64,000 nt of DNA from Lama glama. Taxonomy: Eukaryota. The DNA lies in assembly GCA_028534125.1 (NCBI GenBank), contig CM052818.1, positions 23,376,001-23,440,000 of the forward strand, written 5' to 3'. The notes beneath the pieces were generated by a model. The model did not search any database. It had not been told where the DNA came from and worked only from the letters and a program-made list of their open reading frames with translations. Within the stretch, counting starts at the first letter, position 1. Each line of letters begins with the position of its first letter. This document shows, in pieces, positions 11,280-24,589 of this stretch. A program made the translations under genes and the position numbers.

Positions 11280-11500
11280 GTGGCGCTTTAGAGCCTGGAC
11301 TCTGGAGTCCACCTGCCTGGGCGCATTCTCCCCTCCGCTGCTTGATGTGTGACCTTGGCCCGTTGCCCAAGTCTCTCCCTGTGTCTCAGTTTCCTCACCT
11401 ATAAAGTGTGGGCTCCATCAGAAGGTTGTCGTGAGGGTTACATGCTTACATGTAAAATGATTAGTACCGTGTGTAGCACAGAGTAAATTTCTAATAAATG
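11280..11500 (+). mobile_element. MIR SINE
   Basis: ggactctggagtcc...tgtgtgaccttggcc...ctgtgtctcagtttcctcacctataaa...ggttgtcgtgaggg. Confidence 0.85.
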
Positions 11501-12600
11501 CTTCCCCATGATCATTATAATATGCATTTTTTTTCCTGGAAGGAAGCACATGGAGTTGTTAACAAATAACCTTTGTGGAGAAACAGAGCAGGGCGAGAGG
11601 TGTTGCCTTTTGATTTTGTGCTTCCTTGTGCTGTTTTAGCTTTTTAACCCTATACTTCTTTTGTTTAAAGATTTAAATTAACTAAACCTTTTCTTTCCTC
11701 ATTGGTAACTAAGTGAAACAGCCCGTTGATAGTACAGGAGAAAGTGCTTGTCCAGAAACCAGGCTTCAGTAAATAAGTCCTTGCCATTTCAGAGTCAAGT
11801 TTCATCTTGAAGAGCCCTTTTTAAAGAATGGAAAACAAACACGTGAAGTGAATGCTACTTACTGTGTAACCTCTCCTCCTGAATCCCTTTGATTTGGTTG
11901 ACTTACATTTACATGGACTCCGACAGCATTACCACTGGGAAAACATTCATTGTGCTTCCGAGATGAACAGCCATGCAGGATGGCACCATGATGTATTTTT
12001 GGGTGGAGAAAAAAAACGTGTTGTTTCTAAGCTGGTAGCAGAATTCCTGTTAGAGTGAGAGCTGCCTTCGTTTAGGAAAATTTACTATTATTCTCTTTGG
12101 GTATGAGGGGATGCTTCTGATCCCTCTGCCTTCCTACCCCTACTGGCTGAGTCAGAGTCCAAGAGAGAACAGAATTTCTCTTTACCAGAAGCTGGAGCAA
12201 TGTTAGAGTCCCATGGGTGGCTGAGAAATGAGGGGATGAGTTGCTCAGAGATAGAGGAAAGCAAAAAAGCTGACCAGGGAGAGGTTCTGGGAGGAATGGT
12301 CAAGGGGAGCTTTGGAACAAGGCTGTCTTTGTAGGTTATCTGCTGTGCAGTAGTGTCCCCCGTCATCACTGTTTCACGTCACTGCTCTTGTGGAAGGGTT
12401 TAGGGAAAGGAAGGAAAGAGACTAGAGGAGGAAGCAAAGAAAAGAATAGCCTGAAGAGGACTGATATGACTAAGATAATTATTTAGGGAGTGGGAGAAGT
12501 TAAAACTGGAGGAAATAATGCAACCTCTTTGAGAGATATTGGGGGTGTTGGGTTTCCCACTGTGTGGGGACGAGGAGGCTGTAGCCATTTCTCCTAGTAG

Positions 12601-13200
12601 TGTGGCAGAAACTTCTAATTGTTCCCCAACATCTATTCTTGCTTTTAACCTAGAACTCCCCTAGTTTCACCCAGGCACATGGCTACCCTGCTAGAGATGA
12701 CATTTGCTTTACAGTTAGATGTGTCCCTTTGACCATGCATCTTGCTAGTGAAGACGAACAGAAGGTGCAATGTGTGTAATTTCCATTTGACTCTTTTGAC
12801 AGTACATGACTTGTCTCTCATCGCCTCTGTTCCTCCTTCCATGGTCTAGAGCATGGAATTAGCAGTAAGTCCATTTTGACCACCAAGATAAGGACAGCAC
12901 CGACAAGTCTTATTTGTCAAAGCACAGATTGTGGTGGGAGGGGGTGTGGCATGAGAATTTGTGTTTCTAACTAGCTCTTGGCTCATGCTAATGCTGCTGG
13001 TCCAGGGGCCACAGGAGACAGGAAAACAACAAAGTAGAAGGAGCCTGGGTACCTGGGTGTTCTTGTGGAGCAGAGTCACCTAACCCCCTGTGTTATCTCT
13101 GGACTGTTTCCGTAAGAGTGAGATAAACTTCTGTCTTGTTGGAGCCACTGTGTTTTTGTATCTCTCTCTTTTTTAAGCAGTTGACCCTGTATCTTAATAC
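12601..13200 (+). mobile_element. MaLR solo LTR (MLT1J-like) with internal MER5A fragment (about 12935-13015)
   Basis: Starts tgtggcag; tagaaggagcctgggt...ctctggactg...agataaacttctgtcttgttggagccactg; nested gaatttgtgtttctaac...atgctgctggtccagggg. Confidence 0.7.
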
Positions 13201-13569
13201 GAATATTACAGTAAGGGTTACACAGTAAGACTGGAGGATTTGGGGACTACTGGGCAGCTGGCTGTTAGGTTCGACATGGGTGATTTTTATTTGGAGAAGT
13301 AATAAAACAAAGGCAGTTACTTGTTTAATGACAGAATGACTTCTTTTATGAGCATATTATAGGTGGATGGAAAACATTCCCTCCACAGCTGCATCATTGC
13401 TTGTTTTCTTGCCTTGGGAAAAGCTAAAAACTTGTATGTCCTTGTGTTTATGTGAGCATGAAGTTTCAGGGCTGTGGTTCAGAAAGGGGTGCTTTGGGCA
13501 TTGTTTCAGAAAACGTTTGATTTCCAAAGATTTCTATTGTGTACTTGTTAATATGAACATACAGATAAT

Positions 13570-13780
13570 GACAACAATGCTAATGAGCACTTACTGGATA
13601 CTTACAGGTGCCAGGTGCTAGGGACTCTGTGTGCATTCTGTCATTTATTCTTACCATGGCTCCGAGGAAGCATTACAATTATCTCCATTTTGCAGATGAA
13701 ACTGAGGCTTGGAGGGCTCAAATAACAGGTCAAATTCCATTCCAGGTCTGCCAGATACCAAAGCCCACGAGCTTAACCTT
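13570..13780 (-). mobile_element. MIR SINE
   Basis: attatctccattttgcagatgaaactgaggctt core. Confidence 0.8.
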
Positions 13781-14681
13781 GGCAAGATTCTCTCCCTCTC
13801 TGGTGAATGACCCATTCCCAGATGTTTTCAGGCTCAGTGTATCAGGCCTAACGTTTGTTAGCAACTGGGTTCTTTTTAGTGTGTATGTGTTTTCAAATGC
13901 AAACATAACTTTTTTCTTTCAGCAGTCAGCCCTACTTTGCATAATCTAGACCGCTCTGGCTCTAGGAATCCGCTGTGGGATCTGTTAGTTGGAAATGAGA
14001 AAAGGGCATAGGGTTTAAAAGAGGACAGATGGCTTTGGGTTGCCTGGATTTAAGGCGAGAATTTACGACCACGCGAGACTTCGGATTCCAATACAGTGTT
14101 GGGTGTGGTAAGTAATTACCTGCCTATGGCACAACAGTAGGGGAGCCGGTCTGATAGCAGTTTCAGGCAGAGACCACGGTAATTTTCCAAGTTATGTGCC
14201 TCTGGAGCAAGGACAGACCACAGCAAGTGCAGGCCAGCATGAATGGGAAGTATTAACCACCATCAGAACAAATCCGGACATCTCCACAGAGGTCCCTCTG
14301 CGTCCTGCGCCTCCGACTGCTTCTTAGAATTGATATTCTCACCAGCCTCCTGTCATTGCTTCAAACTTCAGTTGTTCTTTTCCCCATTTTCCCCTTCATC
14401 TATCTATATCATAGCAGAGCAATTCCTGAATTAATTAATCCACAGTTAATTCCTTGATTAATCCCATTCTTACTTTGATGGGATTATTAGGATCAGCCAG
14501 TGCCAAGAGCAGAGTTTGTCTTTAATTCTGCACGGACCCTAGGAATGATCACATTTTTACATGAATTCAAAACTGTGAACCATTGCTCCTAAATGTGCTG
14601 ATTAATCATTTGTAATAAACTGTCAGCCCTCAGCACCCTGTCTTTGACTTGATTCTATTCTATATATTTCAAGGCTTTAGT

Positions 14682-14908
14682 GTGGGGATCAGCATACTTT
14701 TTCTGTAAAGTGCCAGATGGTAAATATTTTTGGTTTGGGGACCATATGGTCTCTGTTGCCACTACTTAACTTTGCTGTTATCGTGGGAAAGCAGTCACAC
14801 ATACCATATGTAAGCAAATGAGCAGGACTATGTTCTAATAAAACTTTATTTACAACACAAGTGGTGGGATGGATTTGGCTCAGGGGCTGTATATTCGCCT
14901 ACCTCTGA
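14682..14908 (-). mobile_element. MER58A-like MITE
   Basis: tttttctgtaaagtgccagatggtaaatatttt...atatggtctctgttgccactact...aataaaactttatttaca. Confidence 0.85.
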
Positions 14909-15129
14909 TTTAGATGAAGACAACAATTCAGTCAGTCAAAATGTAAGAGGACCCAAAGCTGCTGAGAAAAATTGGGGGAGGAAAAAGTACCCTGGATCGT
15001 GGTTTATAGGACCAACATTCAAAGCTGTCTTGGCATTCTGGTCCCTACTCAAGACAAGATTGCAAGCAATAGATTCAAAATATGACCTAGAGTATATAGG
15101 ATGTGCATAAACTTAATGGGAGGGAATCT

Positions 15130-15795
15130 GCATGAAAAAGATCTGAGTTCTTTGTCTTCAAGTGTGAGAGTCTGGGAGGCCTTGCCTGCTAAGAGACAGC
15201 CATCCTGGGCTGTATTACAGGTTGACTCATGTGGATCAGCAATGTAATAGTCCTTCCAGGTTCTGTACTGGTTAGATCACACCTAGAACTGTGGGGTGCG
15301 GTTCAGACGCCTCATTTTGGCAGTCCATTGACAAATGAGAGTGATTCTGAAGGAGGGGGAGGAGACGGTTAGGGGCCAGGACAGCACTGTCTATGAGGAA
15401 TTGTGAACTGAACTGGTTATTTTTAGTCAGGGAAGAGAGGACCAAAGTGAGGATTGTCATTATCTTCATTTATCTGCGTTTCTGTCACAAAGGGAGTAGG
15501 GCATGTATGTGGCTTAAGGGCCATGGCGTTTGCACAGAGCAGCCACATAGTTAGTACTTGACTAAACAATGTGCGGGGTGGGGAGGGGATAGCTCAGTGA
15601 TAGAGTGTGTGATTACCATGCACAAGGTCCTCTGTTCAATTCCTAGTACTGCCATTAAACAAACAAATAACCAAACCTAATTCCGCCCCCCCCCCCCGCA
15701 AATACGCAGAGAGGTTACGAAAAGGGAGAGTCAGGCCTGGGAGAAAGATAAACTTTCTAACAGTGAGACTTGTCTGTCAGTGGAATGGCTGTGTT
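15130..15795 (+). mobile_element. L3/CR1 LINE 3' region, interrupted by a SINE
   Basis: atcctgggctgtatta...actggttagatcacacctaga...cattgacaaatg...tatgaggaa...aactttctaacagtgag...tggaatgg match CR1/L3 3' motifs. Confidence 0.75.
15580..15702 (+). mobile_element. Vic-1-like SINE
   Basis: ggggaggggatagctcagtgatagagtg...atgcacaaggtcctctgttcaattcc...aaacctaatt plus C-run. Confidence 0.88.
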
Positions 15796-16335
15796 GGTTA
15801 TTTCCAAGCATCGGAGAGCGCCGGGCAGCAGAGAGTCACTGACATGCAACAGCACTTCCCTCTGCAGTCGGGAAACCAAATTTTTTGATATTCTAACAAA
15901 ATGGCCTTAAACAAAGATAAAAAGAGTGAGGCCAGATGGGTTATTTTTATTGTTTGTAAAATCCAATAAAAACGTTCTCTGTGTCTTTGGCTGAGAGGCA
16001 TTCAAGTATTGAGGGGGATAATGAACGTTATTTTCAACAAATTGCTTGTAGCATTCAGCAGAGAGGAGGCAGAGATAATCAAGTAAGTACTCCCAGGTTT
16101 GTCAGGTGGTCGTTGCCACCCGGGTTCGTTACCCAGGCCTTTGAGGGGAGGAGGGTGATTCAGACATGTGTAACTTTACTAGGATTTCTGTAAGAATAGT
16201 GCAGCCCTCTTGGCTGGAGAACAATCAGTCTCTATTCTCCAGACTGTTATCCTCTGGGTCGAGTCATGGAGCATTTGCTATGTGCCAGGAATAGGCCTAC
16301 ACATTATATGTATTGATTTGCTTATTCCGCTACAG

Positions 16336-16550
16336 CGGTGATTCTTAACCAAGGACGATTGTGCCTTAGTTCAGGCATTACATTTGGTGATATCTGGAGG
16401 CATTTTGGTTGTCATAACTGAGGCAGGGGCTGGAATCTCGTGGTTGGAGGCCAGGAATACTGCTAAGCATCCTGCAGGGCACAGGATGGCCCTTCATAAC
16501 ATAGAATAATCTAGGCCCAGTTGTTGATAATGTTGGCATTGAGATACCTG
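16336..16550 (+). mobile_element. MER20 inserted in a minus-strand MIR (about 16265-16650)
   Basis: acatttggtgatatctggaggcattttggttgtcataactg...gaggccaggaatactgctaagcatcct; MIR core cccattttatagacagagaaactgag resumes after it. Confidence 0.82.
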
Positions 16551-18824
16551 GTTTTGTAGGACTGCAGATGCCTTTATCATACCCATTTTATAGACAGAGA
16601 AACTGAGAAATTAAGTAACTGGTGCAAGGTCCTCCAGAGCTAGAAAACTGGATAACCACTTTACTGTCTGGCCTCTTTGTTTACTTGGTGATGTTATAAT
16701 GCATGCAACCTAGGAAGTACTATGTGTGGTTGTTATTTTTATTTCTCGGAATCAGCACGAAAATGGACTGTTTTCGTTTTTTGATTTTATACTTAATAAA
16801 TATGAAAATTCTTAGTGAGCAACCCAGTTCTTTCCTGATGAGTTTGTTAGTGGAATCAGACCAAAGGTGCTGGGAGGCTCTAGAGGCCTGGGAAAAAGAG
16901 ATGTGACTCACTGTTCCTCAGTGTCTCTGGTGCTCCTGGTGGCTGACGGCAGGGAGGTTCCCTGCTACCTGTGTTCGTAGGTTCAGGTGATCAGTGCTTC
17001 CTCCTGAGAGCTGTCTGTGTATCAGACAAGGAAACCACTTAAGTTTGTGACTTAGGAAGGAGGTCAGAATTCTGTGCCTTTCCCCCTGACTGCGGTCCCC
17101 CGTCCTGACACTAATCCCTGGTCATGGATCTGTACTCTCAGTGGCTTGTTGCGGGTTGTTGTAAACTGTCCTGAGATTTGTCGTCTGGGAGGGATAGCCT
17201 GAGTTAGGTTCCTACGTTTGTTCTAGAGGCCCCTCAGGATTCTTAGGGAAGGACAGAGGACAAGGGATCTCAGTGGAGAGAAGAGAAGAAGGGAAAGGCA
17301 GACGTCATTTATCCCAGAGGGAGGGCTCCCGTGCTGGGGCTCGGGAAGGCATGGCAGTGAAGACATTTGCTTACATCTTTGGAGGGAAACCGGCCCTGCC
17401 TTCCTCCTCCATCGTTAGCTCTCCTGCTGGTTTGGCTCTTTTCTCCAGAGACAGTCTCAGAGATGGTGCGTGTGTCATGAGGGTAGCATGTGACTGCCCT
17501 TTGAGGCTTTAGTGCCTTACCAGTGTTGACTTCGAAGCTGTTCTTTCACAAGTTACAAAATACGTTATCTTGGACTTACCACTTGAGAAGCACTGCAAGG
17601 CTTTGACGGTCCATAAGATGAGATGGGTCTTTATGGTGCAGGGAGAGGCTGTCTGGGATGCCTGGCCTGGTAGGCAGTGCTCTTTGCAAAATTTCTCTTC
17701 TGCCCTCCTTCCCTTCTAACTGCCAAAGTTTGAACTCACCACCAGACAAAGAGATGCTCTCTGGAAGTCTCATTCATTACTGAAATTCAGAAGTACTGAA
17801 ATAATGACAAAGAAATGAGATTTCATCTTCAGATTGCTGGAGAAGGAAGTGGATGGTCTGTGATGCAGAGGTATCTCCTTTAGTTAATCATGGCTGACTC
17901 TTCACTGCCTGCAATCCCTGTAAGTCACTATGAAACTAGCAAGAAAAATGATATATACGGCATGGAAGGAAGGGAAAATAGACTGCATATTTCTACACAG
18001 GATGGCTGAAACAGGAGCCCCGAGTTTTTAAGATGCAGGAACTGCATGCAGAAGGCAGGAGTGACAAATGTGTTTGAGTCATTGGTTAGCAAAGCTGGCC
18101 TCGCTTGGCTGATGGCCATCTGGTGGTCTCTGTCCTTTCTCATCTGTTTCACAAGTTTGTTGCCAGTAAGGGAAACATGCTTAGCTTAGAACTGTGTTCC
18201 GGTCTTGCTTGATGCTTTGATAAATCACAAGAACCTTAAAATCAGCTGAAGGTGACTGGACGAAGTGTCTCTTCTGCACTCTGTCCTGTATCTGAGATCC
18301 CTGGTAAGCTGATTCCACCTTGACTAGACTAAGACAGCGACTCTCTTCCCCGACACAGTAGGAAACTGGGAAGGTAGCTCTGATTTTCAAATGGGAAGGA
18401 TCCCCTGTCATACTCTGTCTGCTCCCACAGTCATGACCTGGAGAAACAAAAAGACAGTTGTGCTCACGTATGGGAACCCTCACGATACTTTGCAGAAACG
18501 TTCTCTTTCCTGGTGGCTCTGCCTGAGAGGACGAGGCACTTTTCTTTTGGATAAAGCATTATTCAGTGTCCTTAAATATAAATTTTATTCTTGCAGGCTC
18601 TGCTAACCTGAGGCAATAATTGAAGTGTATACGTGTTTGTGACTTGCGATCCTTACTGGTGGTCTCTTCCTTTGTAACCAGACCCTTGGGGTCGGGGGTG
18701 GGGGAGCTCCCTGTGCTTTGTAGAAGCCATTGTGAACCTGCTCTTGCCGCCACTGGAGTTCTCCAGTGGATTGATCTTATTCTTTGTGGCCATTGCTGTG
18801 GCTCAGTTACTGCTGTGTTATATA

Positions 18825-18994
18825 CAGTCGGCCCTCTGTATCCTCCTGTTTTGCATCTTGTGGATGTGAAACTTGTGGAGGGCTGACTATTCATTGTCTT
18901 CCTCCATTTTATGTAAGTGACTTGAGCATCTGTGGTTTTGGGTATCCCCTGGGGCTCCTGAAACCAATCCCCTGTGATACGGGGGGGAGAACTG
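18825..18994. mobile_element. TcMar-Tigger MITE (MER2/Tigger3-like) with TA TSD
   Basis: ta|cagtcggccctc...gggggagaactg|ta; internal ccattttatgtaagtgacttgagcatc...aaccaatcccc. Confidence 0.85.
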
Positions 18995-19249
18995 TACATC
19001 ATTGCGGGAAGTGAGAGCTTCAAGATGAATCATCAGCAACAAAGTCTCAGTGACAGAATTATAAAGTGCCAACAGAAGTGGGAAAGAATCAACAGCCTTG
19101 GTGACTGGATGGCTTTCAGTCACTTGGGGAACTGGAGTTCTGTGCAGGTAAACTGAGGAAGAAACGAATTGTACAAACAGGGTAAGAAGAGAAAATGATT
19201 AAAGGGAAGGAACACAGGGGAAGGAGATTATTTGAGGCCTGGTGGGGAA

Positions 19250-19950
19250 AGTGACTTCTGGTCTAAAATGGTTGTAGAACTGGTGAGCTGGCAGTGAAGA
19301 CAGGCAACTTTTGGGGTCGTGTTTGGTAGGAATCTGGAAATCTCAGAAGGCACTGAGACCCAGAAGTGAGGCCAGTACTGGTCAGGCAGTTTTAAGAGTA
19401 TTTTGTGTTGGTGTGTGATAGTAGTTAGGCCCAAGGGGGTAGGTTGCACAGTTTCACAGAGAGAGGTGTGCATGGAATGGAGATCAGTAGAGGACCTCTA
19501 AGATGTCCACATTTGAGGGCTAGGGGGAGAAAGGCACTGGGGGGATGGAGACGGAGAAGGAGCAGTAGAGGAAGTAGGACAAGAGAGCACAGAAGAGAAT
19601 CAAAACAGTGTAAGGAGAGGAGAGCTGCTTTCAGTGTTGCAGGGGGGTCAGACAGGGGGAGGACTGAGATGAGACCGTAGGATTTCCACTTAGGAAGATA
19701 TTGAAGGTATTGGAGAAAGCACTTTCAGTGCAGGGTCTGATGTGGAAGCCTCTCTCTCAGGAGCGGAATGAGTGACGGAGAACCGTGGGTGGTGAGTGTG
19801 ATCTGCGTGTGATGTTGATGGATGGAGGGGGGGACACTTGATGTGGGCACACCTGGAAAAGGAGTCTTGCCCTGAGGGGTAAAGGGAAGGGGTGAGCATG
19901 CACGAGAGGGCAAGGGGCTGATTAACGTCCCAGAATCTAGGCGGAGGCCT
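19250..19950 (-). mobile_element. L2 LINE fragment
   Basis: Purine-rich antisense L2 motifs: acatttgagggc, gagacggagaaggagcag, gaggactgaga, agcactttcagtg. Confidence 0.65.
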
Positions 19951-21672
19951 GAAGGGTGGGAGCCGAAGCCCAAGGATCACCACTGTCAGCCCAGGAGAGG
20001 AGTTGGGGAGAGGCCAGAGGGGCAGAATAAGTGAAGAAGCTACTCTGAGGTGCCGGCAGGGGGAGGCGAAGGAGGGGACGTTGTTTTCCAGTGAGGTAGG
20101 AGACGCAGAAAGAAGCGGACGGGGCATTTGAAGATTAGAGGAGAGTAGATAGATTGAAAGTGCTGCCATATGGAGCAGGATAGACGGTTAATAAGGATGA
20201 ATAAAAGGATTAGTGGGCAGCGGAGGTGGAATAACATAGATTTATAATGGAGCTGGTCAGCCGGCTTTTATAATTTTCAACAGCCTGGGAACAGGCATGG
20301 ATAAAATGGATGATTAGGGTTCCCCAGGGCTGGGGATTGGCGAGATTAGAGAGACTGTAGGTTTGGAGCAGATCTGGAAGAGGACTTGAGGTTGTTGGTA
20401 TGTGTCTGTATTTAACAGCAGAGAGCCCCTGGGTGGGTAATTGAGAGAGGCCTCACAGCCTTGAATGCCACAGCACAGACCAGCTCACTAGCTCGCTTTT
20501 ATCAAGGACTTCTCTCAGGAGGGCTTCCTGGCGTGGCCCCTTTCAGAGGTGAGTCTTCGAGGGAAGGACTGAGGAAAAATGAAGTGCACTGCAGAGAGGA
20601 TTAGGGGAGTCTTGGGAACCAGAGGCACTGGGAACCCTGGGACAGCAGAAGTCTCTTAGAGGGAGGGGGCAGCTCCTTGGCCTCTGATCTGTGTCAAGAA
20701 TTGCATCATTTAATCCAGAAAAGTTGTGAATTAAACACAGAAGGCTCAGGCATGTGCCCTGGGTTGCCTGGGTTGGGACTAAGAAAATGAACCCAGATTC
20801 AAGCCTGGCTTTGTGTGACACCAAAGTGTGCAGACCAGTCACTCCCCACACCTCCATCTTCCTTGAAGCTGTAGACGGCTCCGGGAAGGGAAGCCTCTGG
20901 TTGGTCCTGAAGAGGTTTCGGGCCACCAGCACCATCCTTTACTCTGCTCGCCAGGGGCAGATTCACAAGCACAGCAGGTCTGGACAGGGGTGTAGCTGCA
21001 CTTGTGTAAAACGTGAACAGTGACCAGGGAGGTGAGTGTTTCTGGTGTGGTATAAATTCCTCATGACTCATTTCTTTGGCAAATGCTGCTTCAAGTTGGC
21101 TTTTCAGTTCTCTTCATATAAGCTTGGAGATTTGTGTTTAAACTGAAATTTGAAAATGCTCTGAAGTGCCTCTTGCCTACTTAATCCGTCCTTTCATTTT
21201 CCTCTTGGTGGAAGTGGAATGGGTTAGAATTTTGCAAGAGAAGGCCATGTCAGGCACGCGCCTCCCTGGGGAGACCTCCTGACGCGAGGCGCTCTGCACT
21301 GTGTCCCCAGCAGTGGGCAAAGGCCCGCAGAGATGGAAATATGGTGGCAACTGTCAAGGAATGAACTAAGGCTTCAAAAAAAAAGTTTGCGTCCTGAGGG
21401 CCCAGGCGAGCTGAGGAGAGCTGTGAGCATAAGTAATGTGGGGAGCAGGAGCCTGAAGCCAGAAGGCTGCAGTTAGAGGCTTGTATGCCTTGGAAGAATT
21501 AAAACAGCGCCCCTGAGGCTGCACTGTGCTCAGGCAAGGCAGTGTTTTAGAAGGTGAATAGCTGGCCTCTCTTCATTTCTGAGCTGCATTCTGCTCAGAG
21601 CTGGGGATGGAGGCAAACAGTCTGAAGGGAATACTTCTAGCAGCTACTTTGGTTAGTTTTCAAGTTCACCGT

Positions 21673-22228
21673 TATGGTAGGCAGCCTCTAAAGTGGCCCC
21701 CAGTGATGTCCACCTGGTGGCATTCGTATCACTGCCATGAGTGTGGGCTAGACCTAGTGATGTGCTTCTAACAGAGTGTGACATAAAGAATGGATATCAC
21801 TTCCAAGATTGGGTCACAGAAAAGACTGTGACTTTGTCTCACTTGTCCCGTCTCGCCCTTTCACCTGCTTTCTCTGATGGAGCCATCTGCCATGTTGTGA
21901 GTTGCCCTGTGGAGGCCCATGTGGCCAGGAGCCAAAAGAGGTCTCCAGACCACGGCCAGTGGGGCACTGAAACCCCCAGTCCAACAGCCCCCAGGGAACT
22001 GAGTGCTGCCAACAGCCATGTGAGCCTGGGAGCGAATCCTTGTCCATGTGAGTCTGGAGATGACGGCCACCAGAGTTGATCTTCATCACAGCCTTGTGAC
22101 TCTGAGTCACAGGAACCATCTGTGCAGCCCCCAGATGCCTGATCCACAGAAACTGTGAGATAATAAGTGTGTGTTTAAGATGCAATGCTCTAGGGTAATT
22201 TATTATACAGCAATAGAGAACAAATACA
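21673..22228 (+). mobile_element. MaLR solo LTR (MLT1F-like)
   Basis: tatggtaggcagcctctaa...ctgccatgttgtgag...ctgccaacagccatgtgag...ccacagaaactgtgagataata...cagcaatagagaacaaataca. Confidence 0.88.
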
Positions 22229-23199
22229 ACTTTATGGCTTCCCATGTAACTGCTCCACCTACCATTGGAGTGAAATATGTCCTTCCTGGAGAGACAGAAA
22301 AGAACGCATTACAGGTACTCTGGGCCATATAGCATTGCTGCTTCTGGGTCTGTACACCCTAGTCCTCTTGCCAAGGACACTGACTACCTCTCGAAATAGA
22401 ACTGAAGGGGCCAGTGTCTTGATACCTCCCGATGGTGCCCATTACACTGCTTGGGCCCTTATATATAAAAGGCTGTGAAAATTCTTTGATGTTGTGGTTC
22501 AGTGAACAGTTAGAACTGACTGAGGAAATGGGTAGGCTATTTAGTGGTGGGAAGGTCAAGACTGAGGCCTGGGCAAGGTAGAGCCAAGCCCTGATCGACT
22601 GGGTGGTCTCCTCTCCATAGGAATCTGCTGCTTGTCTGGGCTCATTTCAGTCAGTGGAGCATCCCCATTCCAGCCCCAGACAACGTCCTGCTGTGCCTGA
22701 CCTCATCACGGCGCTCTGTCCTTTCTGAGTTTACGAACCATACTGCTTTTCATTAACCTGAGATTCCAACCAAGTGTTTTTCTGACACCAGCCTTTTAAG
22801 CTACCTCTACTTTAAAAAAAAAAATTGCTTTATATGCTGATGATTTTACCTAGCATTCTCAGTTCCAACTCTCTTCTGACTCCAGCCCCCGCCATCAGAG
22901 ATTTGGCTTTAGAAGGGGCTTTAGTGTTTCCGTCCTCAAGGCTGACATCCTGTCCTTTCATTACACCACCCGCAGGCAGTCATGGAGCTCCTCACTGGGA
23001 AATAGTTCAGTTTGTTCTTCGATGTGGAAACCTGTCTCTGAAAAAGATGCTGCATAGGAAAATATCTTATACCAGCATAACCACCCCTTTTGACAAAATC
23101 ATGTGTGCCTTTCTTTCCTTCCACACTTGGAATAGAAGGAATTGTATTACATGTGGATTTGGGGTGCTTACTGTTAGAAGTAGAAGATCAGTGATACAC

Positions 23200-24540
23200 T
23201 CCTTCTCCTTCCCTGCTCTCAGATGACAATTATTTCAGATCCCCTCTCTTCTCTCAAACCTCCAGCACCTCTCTCAACATTGCTTTAAGCTGGGGACCAT
23301 TCATCCTACTTTATTGAGGACATCAAAGCACCTGAAAGATGCTTCTCCAGTCTGCTCACCTGCCAGCATCAATCCTTCACATTCACATCAACCTCCTCCG
23401 CTTGTGTACTAGGTCCCATCCTCCTCTTGCTCTTCCAGGGCACCGACTCAACAGCTCTCCACTTATTTCTTACATCACTGACTTTTGTGTTCTTTACTGA
23501 ATCACTCTTATGAATACATTATTCTATCTCCCATCCTAAAAAGGGAATCTTCTTTTGAGTCCACTTTCTCCACCAGCTGTCACCCCATTTCTTTGCACCT
23601 GCTGCAACAAAAATCCTAGAAAGTGGTATCTATGCTCACTGTCTCTGGTTTCTTGCGTCCTGATTTTTCTTAAACCTACTTAATTGGGCTTTTCCTCAAA
23701 TTCTTCCATAGAAATGGCTCTTGTCAAGACTACCCATGACCTCCGTGTTGTTACACCCTCTGGTTAGTTATCAGTCTGACTCTTACTTGAACTGTTAGTA
23801 GCATTTGCCGCCCACGTCCCGTTCCGGCTCTTTGACACTCTTTCTCTGCTTGGCCTCAGTATACCATCCTCCTGGCCACTCCTTGTTGGCTTCCTTTGCT
23901 GATTCCTCTTGGTCTCTCAGGTCTCATAATATAGGAGTGTTCTAGGGTTCAGTCCTTGATCCTCAACTTTTTTCTACTTCCTTGGTGATCTCACCCAGTC
24001 TCATGTCTATAAACACCATCTATATGTCAGTGACCCCAAAGCTTATATATCCAGTTCAGATTTTTATACTCCAGATTCTTAAATCCATCTGTCTACTTGG
24101 CATCTACACCTGGATGTCTAATTGACTTCTTAAACTGAATCTGTCCAAAACTGAGTTCCTGTTCCCCCAGTTGTTGCCAAACCTGGAAGAATAGCTGTAG
24201 CCTTCCCTGTCTTAGTTAACAGCAGTCTATTATTCCATTATTTAAGCCCCCCCCAATAAAAAAGGAACTTAGAGTTATCCTTGATTCTTATCTTTCTCTC
24301 ACACCTCATGTTTAAAAAGTCAGAAAGTCCTGTTGGCTTTCTCTTTAAGCTCTGTCCAGAATGTGACCACTTATCACCAACTCGTCTGCTGTCACCGATC
24401 CGCCGGCATCTCTTGCGTGGATTCCTGCAGCAGCCTCCTGGGGCTCCTTGTGTCTGTACTCGCTTCTCTGCAGTCCATTTCCAACACAGCAGCCAGATGA
24501 CTCTTTTTTGTCAGATTGACCCTTTTGAAAGACCCTGTCA
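23200..24540 (+). mobile_element. L2 (L2a-like) LINE, degraded RT region
   Basis: ctcttgtcaagactacccatgacctcc; cttggtgatctcacccagtctcatg...accatctatatgtcagtgac (decayed YADD position); acctggatgtctaat. Confidence 0.85.
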
Positions 24541-24589
24541 CCTCATTATTAAACCAGTTCCAAAGATCCCACGTATGTGTCCTTTAAGT

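Noticed and set aside
19690..20169. 159-aa minus-strand ORF
   Set aside because: Overlaps decayed L2/purine-rich sequence; low-complexity translation.
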